In this document: positions 51,233-61,005 of the stretch, in pieces
Layout: each line of letters starts with the position of its first letter
How positions within the stretch are numbered: the stretch's first letter is position 1
From: a virus
Lineage: Duplodnaviria; Caudoviricetes
Reading direction: 5' to 3' (one strand)
IMG/VR virus record: IMGVR_UViG_2912874417_000004
Coordinates: 32,001-96,000 of that record
DNA length: 64,000 nucleotides
Program-made: the position numbers and the translations under genes
The notes under the pieces: model-generated
The model's database searches: none
Seen by the model: the letters and a program-made list of their open reading frames with translations, nothing else
Told to the model about the DNA's origin: nothing

Positions 51233-52345
51233 TTAACGTTTTAGTCTCTTCAGTGCCTCCATATACGAGGTCTTTTTCGATTCCTTGTTCTCCAGTTTCT
51301 TCGGTTTAAATAAATCCTCTCTACGGCGATTCTTCGCTTTATAAACAGTTGTTTCTTTAACTTCAGTGTTCCCATTTTCAATTAAATCATCTAACTGCTT
51401 CATTCGCTCATTGATCCAGGTTAATCCACTAAGAATCGTTATCGCCCTATTACCTTTATCATAATGCCCTTTAAATAAGTCTAGGGGCATCTTGTTATCA
51501 AAGACATTAAACAGCTCATTATACGATATATGCTCCGTTAAGAACTCATGAACATCCAGAATAACTCCAGCTCTCATCACATTTGTAAACTCAACAGGAG
51601 TAAATATCGAATTGTTCCACGACTTCTGTATATCTTCATGTAGCTTATCAAAATACTTGCCCTCATTTGTAAATTCATTGAGGTTTGCTTGGGCAATAGT
51701 CATGATTCCTGGTGTATCAAACAGCTGATTTAAATCCTTCCTGTCTAAGGTGCTGATCTTTGATCCTCTGTCCGTGTAATTAAGTAAGACTTCAATTAAA
51801 TCCAGGAACATTTTGTTTGTTTCCTTGTAGAGTCTGCTCTCTGAAATCTTTCCTTCGTATTTGCGAAAAACCATTTGATTATCCAAAGGTAAAACACAGG
51901 TCTCTGGCAGAGATAATTCATCTAGTAGCTCCAGCGAATTAATCTGATTAACCAATACCTCATTGTTATCAGGAAGGATTGGAACAGCAACTATGGTTTT
52001 ATGAGCAAGGTATTCGTTTAACAATTCTAATAATATAGGAGCTACCCCTGAACCGGTTCCACCAGCTGCAGAGAAAGCAACAAATATGACTTGTACTGAA
52101 GGCTTTTCCATTGTGTTCTTTATAAACTCAATTGAAGATTCCCAGTTGTTTTTCATATGTTTCGCTGCTATGCTTCTGTCTTTACCTACTCCTTCTGTCC
52201 CTACCAGATGAAGCTTATCTTGAATATTGATTAATGAATTAAGGTCTGAAAGTGAATAATTTATTGCAACAGAATGAAATCCTCTCTTCATTGCTTCATC
52301 TGCTACACTTCCACCGGCCTGTCCAACTCCAATAAATCCAAACAT
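51233..52345 (-). CDS. Tubulin/FtsZ-family GTPase (TubZ-like)
   Basis: GVGQAGGS, EGVGKD, SAAGGTGSG tubulin signature, LDN, LDRKD; basic C-terminal tail. Confidence 0.88.
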   Translation of the reverse strand: MFGFIGVGQAGGSVADEAMKRGFHSVAINYSLSDLNSLINIQDKLHLVGTEGVGKDRSIAAKHMKNNWESSIEFIKNTMEKPSVQVIFVAFSAAGGTGSGVAPILLELLNEYLAHKTIVAVPILPDNNEVLVNQINSLELLDELSLPETCVLPLDNQMVFRKYEGKISESRLYKETNKMFLDLIEVLLNYTDRGSKISTLDRKDLNQLFDTPGIMTIAQANLNEFTNEGKYFDKLHEDIQKSWNNSIFTPVEFTNVMRAGVILDVHEFLTEHISYNELFNVFDNKMPLDLFKGHYDKGNRAITILSGLTWINERMKQLDDLIENGNTEVKETTVYKAKNRRREDLFKPKKLENKESKKTSYMEALKRLKR

Positions 52346-52629
52346 TAAACCCTCTCCCCTTCTAATTGATATCGTAAAGCTTCTTGTCCATATTGAGTAA
52401 TAAAAACTGTATGCTCTTTGCTATTTTTCACTATATTAATAAACTGCAAGGCCTCAAGACGATCGATGCTCTTTCTAAAGGTGGCTTCAGTTAACTGAGT
52501 TTTTGCTTGAATGGTTTTCTTCCTAATTGATTTAAACATTAAATCTGCCCCTTCATCGCTCAATAAGCCTAGAATATACAAATCATTTCGAGTTAAATTA
52601 TCAATGACTGAATCAAAATAAGTATCCAT
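52345..52629 (-). CDS. Winged-helix DNA-binding protein (TubR-like); start set at MDTYFDS
   Basis: AAGGAGGGG RBS; IQAKTQLTEATFRKSIDRLEALQFI wHTH; TAATG overlap with the tubulin gene. Confidence 0.7.
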   Translation of the reverse strand: MDTYFDSVIDNLTRNDLYILGLLSDEGADLMFKSIRKKTIQAKTQLTEATFRKSIDRLEALQFINIVKNSKEHTVFITQYGQEALRYQLEGERV

Positions 52630-52683
52630 GTAACCCCTCCTTAATATCTGATGATTTTGAAGTATCTTGGTTGATATACGATT

Positions 52684-52738
52684 ATTATATTGTTCATTTG
52701 CATTTAAATGCAAATACTTTTGTATCTTAATGCAAATA
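52684..52738 (-). promoter_or_regulatory. tubRZ promoter (TTGCAT-18-TATAAT) overlapped by a 20-bp palindrome
   Basis: ATTTGCATTTAAATGCAAAT at 52696-52715; AATGCAAATA repeated at 52707 and 52729. Confidence 0.65.
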
Positions 52739-52807
52739 ATTACACTCTGCTTGTATGTAAACCAGTCATTTTATAAAATTTATTCAAACAGCAAAAGGAT
52801 GATTTAA

Positions 52808-53044
52808 ATGGAATATAGGGTTAAAAGTAAGTTGGATTCATTTCTAAGTAGCAAAGGTATTGAAAAAGGCTGGTTAGCAGAGCAAATAAAAGCTGAAAGA
52901 GCAAGTATATCTAGATGGTGTAAAAATGACAGCGAGGGATTTGCTACCGTCCTCCCTAGTACATATAATCTTTTATTAATGGCACATATTCTAAATTGTA
53001 AAGTTGACGATCTTTTTGAATTAATCGAAATTAAATCCAATTAA
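52808..53044 (+). CDS. Xre-family HTH regulator
   Basis: KGWLAEQIKAERASISRWC...LNCKVDDLF. Confidence 0.75.
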   Translation: MEYRVKSKLDSFLSSKGIEKGWLAEQIKAERASISRWCKNDSEGFATVLPSTYNLLLMAHILNCKVDDLFELIEIKSN

Positions 53045-53059
53045 CTTTGGATTTTTATG

Positions 53060-53088
53060 TTTACAAGAGTAAAAATAAAATATATAAT
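53060..53088 (+). promoter_or_regulatory. yonP-yonO promoter with SPBRE-like repeat in the spacer
   Basis: TTTACA-AGAGTAAAAATAAAATA-TATAAT; two more repeats near 53132 and 53352. Confidence 0.75.
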
Positions 53089-53163
53089 AAAGATACAACC
53101 ACATGAAGTGGTCTTTATTTTAATCATTTTAAGAGTAAAAATAAAATAGTATGGAGGTGTAAG

Positions 53164-53343
53164 ATGAAAAAGCAGTATTTATTTAGTCATTTAATGGGGT
53201 TTATTGAGGGAAAAGTAGTCGATGGGACAGCAACACCCGAAGAAGAATACCTTTATCAGGATTACAAATGGTACGGAAAGATTAATAAGCAAAGCTTTAC
53301 ATATCGAAGTTTAGTAAATCAATATCTTAATAGCGAATATTAA
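53164..53343 (+). CDS. yonP: YonP-like 59-aa protein
   Basis: Read manually: MKKQYLFSHLMGFIEGK...; GGAGGTG RBS; precedes yonO. Confidence 0.6.
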   Translation: MKKQYLFSHLMGFIEGKVVDGTATPEEEYLYQDYKWYGKINKQSFTYRSLVNQYLNSEY

Positions 53344-53383
53344 GCACTTTTAGAGTAAAAATAAAATATAAGGAGGGGATTGA

Positions 53384-55909
53384 TTGAAAAGAAAAAAAGA
53401 CGGATTGTCTAAGCAAGTTCATATCTACAGTGTGGATACATCCGCATTTTACAATGACAAAGAAAATTCATTACATAATAAGATTTTGAAGTCTTATAGA
53501 TACAGAGATTATCTTAAGACATTAGACAATGTAAATAATAAACATAAGAAATACATATCACAAAGAATTACATACCTTAAAGAATGCCTCTATTCCGCAT
53601 TCGAAGAACATAACGACATAAGAGCACTTCGAACTGACAGCTTAAGGGACAATAAAGTGATTTCTTTATTTGATTCAGTGTTGACCCGTACATTAGGGAT
53701 TAAAGAAAACACCCTTTCAGAGGAAATCATGGTTGTCCAGACTTATCATTTTGAAGTATTGAAGGACATTATTGATCAAGGATTTTTACATAACAATGAA
53801 AAATACGTTTATTTCACAAGCAGCGCCGGTCAAATTCGTACAAAGAAGTCATGTTTCATTAAAAAAAGCACCTACGATAAGTATCAGGATGCTTTGACAT
53901 GCGGCTTAAGTATTGAAAAGATCAACTCCCTTGGTGGTAGTAGCATTAATAAATGGAATAGTTATATGGCCTTATCTAACAGCGCCAGTAGCCCTTGGGA
54001 GATTGATATTGATAAAGCTATTGTAGTCAACGACTTAGAAACTGATGTGTCGAGTCTCGTTGACTACATTGATCGAGACACCTACAAGATCACACGAAAA
54101 ACAATGAACATTCCCATTGAGCATACAGATGGCTGCGGAATGATACTCCCCACTCTAAGTCGTAAAAGCTTCATGGTAAGGCTCCCGTGGGTAAAGGGTC
54201 TATTAGTCCCTTTTGATTTTCGTAAATTTACTGAGGAAAACAAAGCTTTTAAAGTAACTGATATATACGGCAAGGAATGGGACGTAGTGAGAGATGATAT
54301 TCAAATTATCTTCACCAAAAGCCAGTTTAAAATGTGGAAGTATTATTCATCGTGGGAAGAATATCAAGTCAATTATAAAAAATATGGATGCTTAGGGGCA
54401 AAACTCAACGAAGAAGATCCTTCTGTTGAAGGTAAGCTCACTTATCAAATGCTCCAGACGCTTACAGATATCTCGGATAAAGAATTAATTCAAATGAGCT
54501 CTAAGACTGTAAAAGAGATAAGCACATTGGGCACTGATAAAGAAACCATGTTAAGAGTTCTTGGAGCTACGGAGAAAAAGAAGCATCGAACAGCTCTTCA
54601 GGATGCTTTACTTCTATATCCAGAACTTCTTAACGATGATCACACGAAAGAAATTATTAAAAATAAAAAGAAAAGCATGATTAAAGATGCCAAATCAGGA
54701 AAATTGCTTGTTGACGGTGCTCGTTATACATACTTATGCCCTGATCTGTATGCTTTCTGCGAAAAATTATTTCTGAACATCCAGAATCCAAAAGGACTGC
54801 TTTTAGGAAGTGATGTCCATTGTTCTTTATATGATGAAGGGTATATTGATATCCTCCGCTCCCCTCACCTATTCAGAGAGCACGGTGTTAGGTGGAACAA
54901 AAAAGATGAAAAATATGAAAAGTGGTTCATTACCCCAGGTGTTTACACAAGCATTCATGATCCGATATCTAAACTGCTACAGTTTGACAATGACGGGGAT
55001 AAGGCCTTAATTATTTCTGATGAGTTAATCGTTAATATTGCAAAGCGTAATATGGAAAACATCGTTCCGTTGTATTATGAAATGTCTGTAGCCCAGAAAC
55101 AAGAGATTAATAGCAAGAACATCTATGAAGCACTGACTCTTGCTTATGGAATCAATATCGGGGAGTACAGCAACAACATCACTAAGATATGGAACAGTGA
55201 CAATATAAATCTTGACGTGATCAAATGGTTATGCATGGAAAATAACTTTACTATTGATTTTGCAAAAACCTTATTCATGCCCACCCGTCCTGATCATGTT
55301 GATGAAAAAATTAAAGATTACATAAAAAATAAAGTACCCCACTTCTTCATCAATGCAAAGGATAAAGAAGAACATAGCGTTGAGTTAATTAATGAAAGCA
55401 CAGTAAATAAGTTAGACTCCATTATCCCTTCTGACCGAATTAATTTCGCATCAGTAGCAGGAAAATTTGATTATCGTTTCCTGCTCAAGAACAAGGAGAT
55501 TAAGTTGGACGAGGCAATTATTAGTGAGTACAAACGATTAGACCAAAACAAGAAATGGCTCATGAATGATGAAGACATTAAGCCTGGACAAAAACTTTAT
55601 GTTTATAAGGTCATTAAAGACAGATTGTTAAAAATCCACAATGACGAGCAATATGTTACTGATGTTTTAGTAAAGTACCTATATAAAAAGAAAAGCAAAT
55701 TTAAATCAACATTATGGGAGTGCTTTGGAGAGACTTTATTAGAGAATCTAAGACATAACTTAAAGACTTATAGAGGATGCTGTAGTTGCGGAAAAATGTT
55801 TAAGTCGACTTCGCACAAGGCGAAATATTGTCCAACCTGTGCAAAGAAAATAGCACAAAAGCAAAAAAACAAGTGGAAAAGGGATAAGTGGAGGAAGGAA
55901 GAAAAATAG
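53384..55909 (+). CDS. yonO: Phage single-subunit RNA polymerase YonO
   Basis: 841 aa; TDGCG, LRSPH, catalytic FDNDGD. Confidence 0.92.
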   Translation: MKRKKDGLSKQVHIYSVDTSAFYNDKENSLHNKILKSYRYRDYLKTLDNVNNKHKKYISQRITYLKECLYSAFEEHNDIRALRTDSLRDNKVISLFDSVLTRTLGIKENTLSEEIMVVQTYHFEVLKDIIDQGFLHNNEKYVYFTSSAGQIRTKKSCFIKKSTYDKYQDALTCGLSIEKINSLGGSSINKWNSYMALSNSASSPWEIDIDKAIVVNDLETDVSSLVDYIDRDTYKITRKTMNIPIEHTDGCGMILPTLSRKSFMVRLPWVKGLLVPFDFRKFTEENKAFKVTDIYGKEWDVVRDDIQIIFTKSQFKMWKYYSSWEEYQVNYKKYGCLGAKLNEEDPSVEGKLTYQMLQTLTDISDKELIQMSSKTVKEISTLGTDKETMLRVLGATEKKKHRTALQDALLLYPELLNDDHTKEIIKNKKKSMIKDAKSGKLLVDGARYTYLCPDLYAFCEKLFLNIQNPKGLLLGSDVHCSLYDEGYIDILRSPHLFREHGVRWNKKDEKYEKWFITPGVYTSIHDPISKLLQFDNDGDKALIISDELIVNIAKRNMENIVPLYYEMSVAQKQEINSKNIYEALTLAYGINIGEYSNNITKIWNSDNINLDVIKWLCMENNFTIDFAKTLFMPTRPDHVDEKIKDYIKNKVPHFFINAKDKEEHSVELINESTVNKLDSIIPSDRINFASVAGKFDYRFLLKNKEIKLDEAIISEYKRLDQNKKWLMNDEDIKPGQKLYVYKVIKDRLLKIHNDEQYVTDVLVKYLYKKKSKFKSTLWECFGETLLENLRHNLKTYRGCCSCGKMFKSTSHKAKYCPTCAKKIAQKQKNKWKRDKWRKEEK

Positions 55910-56162
55910 AAAGTGCCCTGAGCCTTACTCCCCCAAGGGGTACAGCGATTTTACCGGAAAAAGTTTAACAAAAAAAGTGCCTTGAACCCTTGATATGACT
56001 GGTCTGAAAGCCCCTTTTGAGATAATCGCCATAAGGGAGAAAGAAAGCTAATTTCCACATATAAGGGTGAGTACGTCTCCCATTTTTTCAAAAGAAGCAC
56101 AAACGGTACCGTAATTATATTTTAACACAAAAATAAACAATATCACTAGGAGGAATTAAAAC

Positions 56163-56438
56163 ATGAACAAAACAGAATTTGTTGGAGAAGTTGCAGAGAA
56201 ATTAGGAGTTACTAAGAAAGAAGCTACGCCTAAAGTAGAAGCAGTATTTAATGTGATCGTTGAAACACTTACAAAAGGTGAATCAATCAAGATTCCTGGA
56301 GTTGGAACGTTTGAAGTTCGTGAACGTGCAGCTCGTAAAGGGAGAAATCCAAAATCGGGCGAAGAAATTGATATTCCAGCTACAAAGGCACCTGCCTTCA
56401 AGGCTGCTAAAGCTCTAAAAGACGCAGTGAAAGCTTAA
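56163..56438 (+). CDS. yonN: HU-like DNA-binding protein
   Basis: MNKTE...GTFEVRERAARKGRNP. Confidence 0.95.
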   Translation: MNKTEFVGEVAEKLGVTKKEATPKVEAVFNVIVETLTKGESIKIPGVGTFEVRERAARKGRNPKSGEEIDIPATKAPAFKAAKALKDAVKA

Positions 56439-56454
56439 TAAAAGTTAATGAGGA

Positions 56455-57010
56455 CGACAGGAAAGGCTTCCTGCACGCTTTGTCACATAGAGCTTATGCT
56501 CCTAAAAGTGGCAGAGTTAGATGTTATGGAGGAAATTGTCGCCCTCCCCTCTTTTCGCATGTGTTCATCTCCAGGTTAATCAATTAGAGTTCTTTTATTG
56601 GCGACATGGGGGTGTTGTCAATAATAAGCTGTTTACTGATATGTGGGATATCAGTTCTCCGCTAATATTCATTTGTTTGAGGACTTGGAATGCCAGGGTT
56701 TCGGATAAGTGGATATTAGCGGGGTATTGCCCCATCGTGGATTAAGCTTTTTCTAAACATTGCTATTCTCACTTTCATACGAACAAAAGCATTAAATTCG
56801 ACTTTACAGCTACAACTGGTCATTGTAGTTAGTCGGATAATGGTCACTTATGAGGGTTCGAGGTTAACTCGGATGTCTGTATCTAAAAAGAGACAGGTAA
56901 ATGGCTATTATCGGGCTAAAAATGTCGGTAAGACTTAACGCATTAATGCAAATTGCGACTTTATCCCATCAGGGTTTTATTATGGCAGATTTTTCGTGCT
57001 TGCTTAAACA
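56455..57010 (+). ncRNA. Putative large structured non-coding RNA
   Basis: Consecutive long helices with many G-U pairs that work only on the + strand; no credible ORF. Confidence 0.6.
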
Positions 57011-57032
57011 AAACGAAAGGGAGAGTTAAAGG

Positions 57033-57323
57033 ATGGCGAAGAATCGTAGAAAGCCGGCTGTGATTAAAGCAGTAAAATTTGAAAACACGGCGCACTCAAT
57101 CGCTGATATTTCGAACTTGGTCGGCCAAAGGACGATTGTCATCAGTTGTCAGATAGGCTGTCCGACAGTAACAATCCCAACATTACATGGCAACAGTATC
57201 GCACAAGTAGGTGATTATATAATCCGTGAAGAAGACAAGTTATATTTGTGCAAACAGGATACTTTCGAAAAGACTTACAACAGCCAAGAAGACTCTGTAA
57301 ATTTTAATTGGATGGAATGTTAG
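57033..57323 (+). CDS. Phage hypothetical protein (GDYII-type)
   Basis: AQVGDYIIRE...CKQDTFEKTY. Confidence 0.6.
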   Translation: MAKNRRKPAVIKAVKFENTAHSIADISNLVGQRTIVISCQIGCPTVTIPTLHGNSIAQVGDYIIREEDKLYLCKQDTFEKTYNSQEDSVNFNWMEC

Positions 57324-57376
57324 AAAAATTACACTTAATACCCTTTTTATCCTATAATGGAATAAGGAGGGGTTAG

Positions 57377-58039
57377 ATGGAGATCAAAAAAGAAGAACTG
57401 ATTATTTCGGATTTTGAACATCTGTATATAATAGAGTTGTACTCTTTAGCAGATGCTATCAAAAGAGATTGCGAGGAAGTTTTCAATGAAGTTAAGATAC
57501 CTTCAGAGAAAGGATATTATGCAATTGAGTCTTCAGCAAAAATCCATTCGAAGATCAATTCAATAGTTATTAATGCAGCTAATATTAAGAAGTTAATATA
57601 TCCCCAAGAATTCAGAAAGAAAAAGGAGTCAGCAAAGGTATATAATGCTCGCATAGCCAGAGCGCAGATTTTCAAAACAATTCTAGGTGATTTAGATCTA
57701 GAGGAAATTAAAAAGACGAATGTCAGAAATCGGCTTGAGCACTTTGATGAGTACTTAGATAAAGCAATTTCAACGTTTCAAGATGAAAATTCAACAATAA
57801 AACATAAACACGCACTTGTATCGTATAATACTATTCTTTCTCATATGAAAGCTATTGATCCTCCGGTATATCCACTAAGACTTTATGTATCAACAGAGAA
57901 AGTATTTTATCATCTCGAATCTTCAATAAATATCGGAAAACTATATGAAGAGGCTAAGGGATTACTAGGCATTTTATTAGAATTAGAGGATATAAGAGAA
58001 GAGATGGGTGGAGTACTTTTGAAATTGTATGACTTTTAA
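57377..58039 (+). CDS. Putative HEPN-like protein
   Basis: VRNRLEHFDE (Rx4H); own TATAAT and AAGGAGG RBS. Confidence 0.55.
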   Translation: MEIKKEELIISDFEHLYIIELYSLADAIKRDCEEVFNEVKIPSEKGYYAIESSAKIHSKINSIVINAANIKKLIYPQEFRKKKESAKVYNARIARAQIFKTILGDLDLEEIKKTNVRNRLEHFDEYLDKAISTFQDENSTIKHKHALVSYNTILSHMKAIDPPVYPLRLYVSTEKVFYHLESSINIGKLYEEAKGLLGILLELEDIREEMGGVLLKLYDF

Positions 58040-58163
58040 TTCTCTTTACATAACGCAGTCAGAACAAGGCTTCCGCACCCTACGGTGGAGGTCTTTTTGT
58101 GCTTGCGTTTTACTTTACCGATCAGCCGGAATGCGCTTCCGAGCCTTCTGGTACGCAAGTAAT

Positions 58164-58283
58164 CAATAATCTCCTTCGGGCGTTTCCCCAACGCCTATCC
58201 GACTTATCTTTTCATCTCCTTTATATCCCCTTTTCGGTCGTTACCGATGCTTCGGATCATCGGGCTTCCGAAGGAGCTTATTG
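58164..58283 (+). ncRNA. Putative multi-branch RNA element upstream of yonK
   Basis: Outer helix CAATAA-CTCCTTCGG/CCGAAGGAG-TTATTG enclosing three hairpins. Confidence 0.5.
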
Positions 58284-58316
58284 TACGTAAATAAAACACA
58301 TATTGGAGGAATTTAA

Positions 58317-58508
58317 ATGGCAAGCAAAAAAGTACATCAAATTAATGTAAAAGGCTATTTTGATATGGACGTAATGGAAGTTACTGAACAAACTAAAGAA
58401 GCTGAATACACATATGACTTCAAAGAAATTCTTTCAGAGTTTAATGGAAAGAATGTTTCAATTACTGTAAAAGAAGAAAATGAACTTCCTGTTAAAGACG
58501 TTGAGTAA
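58317..58508 (+). CDS. yonK: YonK protein
   Basis: 63 aa MASKKVHQINVKG; syntenic. Confidence 0.8.
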   Translation: MASKKVHQINVKGYFDMDVMEVTEQTKEAEYTYDFKEILSEFNGKNVSITVKEENELPVKDVE

Positions 58509-58520
58509 GGCGGTGACTGA

Positions 58521-59738
58521 ATGATCGATCCTGTTCAAACTAAGCGTCACTCAGATGAAAACCTTAAAGAATGGAAAATAAGAATCTGCTCTAATAAAGA
58601 CATTTATAATCTAAACTGGGAAGAAATCAAAGAGTTAATCAACAAGGAAACCGGCGAATCTAAAGGTGAATCAGCTTATAGAAAATGGTTCAACAACTTC
58701 ATTGAAGGAGTTGAATACCAAAAAGAAAAGTCAGCTGAATCAAATAATTCTCTCCTTGAATTGGAACTGAAAAAGGTTGAAATCATGGAAGAGAGAAAAA
58801 AGCTTCAAGCTGTAAAGCATGAAATACATAAAAACACACGTGTCAAAGGTCGAACAGAGCTTCTATATGAAAATGTAACTGAAGCAATTGAGAAAGTAGG
58901 CACTCTCCCTCCCCCTTCCTTCTATCCATTAAATAAGAGCGAAAGAAAAAGAGCTGCTGTTCTAGGGTTTGGAGATGAACACTTCGGGAAGCAATTTAAA
59001 AGCAACAACAATGAATACAACGAACAGATTTATTTGCAGCGTATGAATCAGATTCTTTCTGAAACTGTTGAGTACATTCAAAAAGAAAATTTAGATGAGC
59101 TGGTCGTGTTAAATGGCGCTGACAGTGTTGAAGGTATGGCATTGCGCGTATCGCAATTAACTGCCCTTCAGTACGGGTTTATTGACCAAGTGATTAAATA
59201 CTCTAGGTACAAAGCTGAATGGCTTTTAGAGCTTTCTAAGCACGTCAAAATTAAGTACATGCATATCCCTTCTGCAAATCATACTGAACTTAGATTACAT
59301 AATACAAATCGCTCGGAAATGCCTAAAGAAGATGTAGAGCGTATTATCGCTACTTATATCCATGACGTACTCAAAGACAATGAGCGAATTGAAGTTCCTT
59401 TATACGACGAAGGAATCGTAGATTTTAAATTACTTGAATTTGAAATTGTTGCTTGTCACGGACACCAGATTAAAAACAAAAAGAACGCTATTCGTGACAT
59501 CTCACAGATGAAACGAAAATTCTACGATTACATGTACATCTCTCACTTCCACCACGGGAATATGCTTACTGTAGGTGAAGCAGCCACTCATAATATCCAG
59601 GTAATACAACTTCCTTCTGTTATGGGTTCCGATGAATACAGTGACAGCTTAATGACAGGTGCAAAAGCTGGAGCAAACCTATCAATTTATGAGTCTGGCA
59701 AAGGTCGGACTATTCAGTACGATTACATATTGAATTAA
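58521..59738 (+). CDS. yonJ: Calcineurin-like metallophosphoesterase
   Basis: GDEHFG, ANH, HGH, HFHH. Confidence 0.8.
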   Translation: MIDPVQTKRHSDENLKEWKIRICSNKDIYNLNWEEIKELINKETGESKGESAYRKWFNNFIEGVEYQKEKSAESNNSLLELELKKVEIMEERKKLQAVKHEIHKNTRVKGRTELLYENVTEAIEKVGTLPPPSFYPLNKSERKRAAVLGFGDEHFGKQFKSNNNEYNEQIYLQRMNQILSETVEYIQKENLDELVVLNGADSVEGMALRVSQLTALQYGFIDQVIKYSRYKAEWLLELSKHVKIKYMHIPSANHTELRLHNTNRSEMPKEDVERIIATYIHDVLKDNERIEVPLYDEGIVDFKLLEFEIVACHGHQIKNKKNAIRDISQMKRKFYDYMYISHFHHGNMLTVGEAATHNIQVIQLPSVMGSDEYSDSLMTGAKAGANLSIYESGKGRTIQYDYILN

Positions 59739-60362
59739 TAGGAGCTGTGAATATGAGCAATGAAAAAGAGTTAGCTTTTGGCAATTTAGTAACCATGATT
59801 TGCAAAGAATGTGTAAAACACGGTTTTACATTAGATGAACTTGAAAATGTTCGTCCTCTTGTGAAAAAGTTCTATCACGACAATGCTGTTCCTTTTAAAC
59901 ATTAGAATGACAAAACCTTCTCAAAAATTTATGGTTTTTGATGATGCAGGTATTGAGGATACATACATAATTCGCTTTAAAAATAAAAAGTTAAAGGAAT
60001 GATCCTATGTCTGCCAATGAATTTATTGAAATATTAGTAGAACAGTGGGACAATCTGTCCCCTGAAAGCAAGAACGCTCTAGTAAATTTGATTGTTAATT
60101 AATATAAAACTTTAATTTTTAAACAGATCAAAGGGAGATTTTTATGAGCATGATCATGTCTGCAGTTGCACGTTCGAAAAAATCAAATACAAAGAAATTG
60201 ACTTTGACAAAGTTAAAACAGTCGAGGATGTAAAGCTTTTGCTCAGTAAATTCAACTTTAATGTCCATGAAAAAGATTGGGACAAATTTAGTCATTTAAC
60301 TAAAGATGAAGTTAAAGAGACTGTTTGGACAAATTATTAAAATTTAAACATTACGATGAGGA

Positions 60363-60902
60363 ATGATGAAGATGAATAAAACAGATTTTGAGTATTTAAA
60401 TAACCATCTAAAAACACTAACGAGACTTAGAGAAGCTGGTCACAAGTGTGATCAGGAAATCAGTCAGGTATTACGCTGTTTACATAAAACTATGTTTGGA
60501 AGAGAGCTATACTTCCCTTCAGACCGAACATGGTCAATAATAGAGAACGTTGACAAAGATTTACAAAGCAGATTTCACAAAAAAGCTCCTAAGCTTGTTT
60601 TAGTAGGCAATATTGACAGAGCCAAAGGAAAAACAACTCTTCTGATGAAATTATCGCAACAAAATAGCATACCAGTAATTGTAGGTACGAGTACAGATGA
60701 TAAGGTCTATAAACACCTTGCAAAAGAAAAGGGAATTAGCTGTGTTATCGTTCCGGCCGATTGTTTATCAGGCAGACGTTTACCGAATGGTGTATATATT
60801 GATAGCACTGTTACTAAAGAGCAACTCAAAATGATTAAAGAGCTAGGTATTGAAATTAAGGGAGGATTTCATCAAGATGAGGCTCTCTCTTCTTTAATTT
60901 AA
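60363..60902 (+). CDS. yonH: YonH-like protein with P-loop-like motif
   Basis: RAKGKTT; syntenic. Confidence 0.6.
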   Translation: MMKMNKTDFEYLNNHLKTLTRLREAGHKCDQEISQVLRCLHKTMFGRELYFPSDRTWSIIENVDKDLQSRFHKKAPKLVLVGNIDRAKGKTTLLMKLSQQNSIPVIVGTSTDDKVYKHLAKEKGISCVIVPADCLSGRRLPNGVYIDSTVTKEQLKMIKELGIEIKGGFHQDEALSSLI

Positions 60903-61005
60903 ACACCTTTTTAGAACGTCCAGTGATAATTGAGGTACACCACTTCCTCTCTATTGCTGGGCGTTTTATAAAACGTGTTTTTAATAATAATGTGGGGGTG
61001 AATGA

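Larger units (their letters stand above)
9610..53370. repeat. SPBRE-like dispersed repeat GA(A/G)TAAAAATAAAATA (MrpR-type operator)
   Basis: Copies near 9612, 11015, 18185, 26587, 27805, 31785, 32084, 33828, 44350, 47932, 48008, 50300, 53066, 53132, 53352, many next to SigA promoters. Confidence 0.75.

Noticed and set aside
52804-53040. Minus-strand 78-aa ORF
   Set aside because: Antisense shadow of the HTH gene.
48121-56010. Similar AACCCTTG-containing motifs after yonV (about 48155) and yonO (about 55985)
   Set aside because: Only two short degenerate copies; too weak to support a function.
56156-56401. Minus-strand 81-aa ORF
   Set aside because: Antisense shadow of HU.
56521-56745. 74-aa ORF, and likewise 58099-58290
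   Set aside because: No clear RBS, atypical composition, and both lie within strongly base-paired RNA elements.
56455-58283. tRNA, CRISPR array or group I intron as explanation of the hairpins
   Set aside because: No cloverleaf with a T-loop motif, no identical regularly spaced repeats, and no interrupted host gene recognised.
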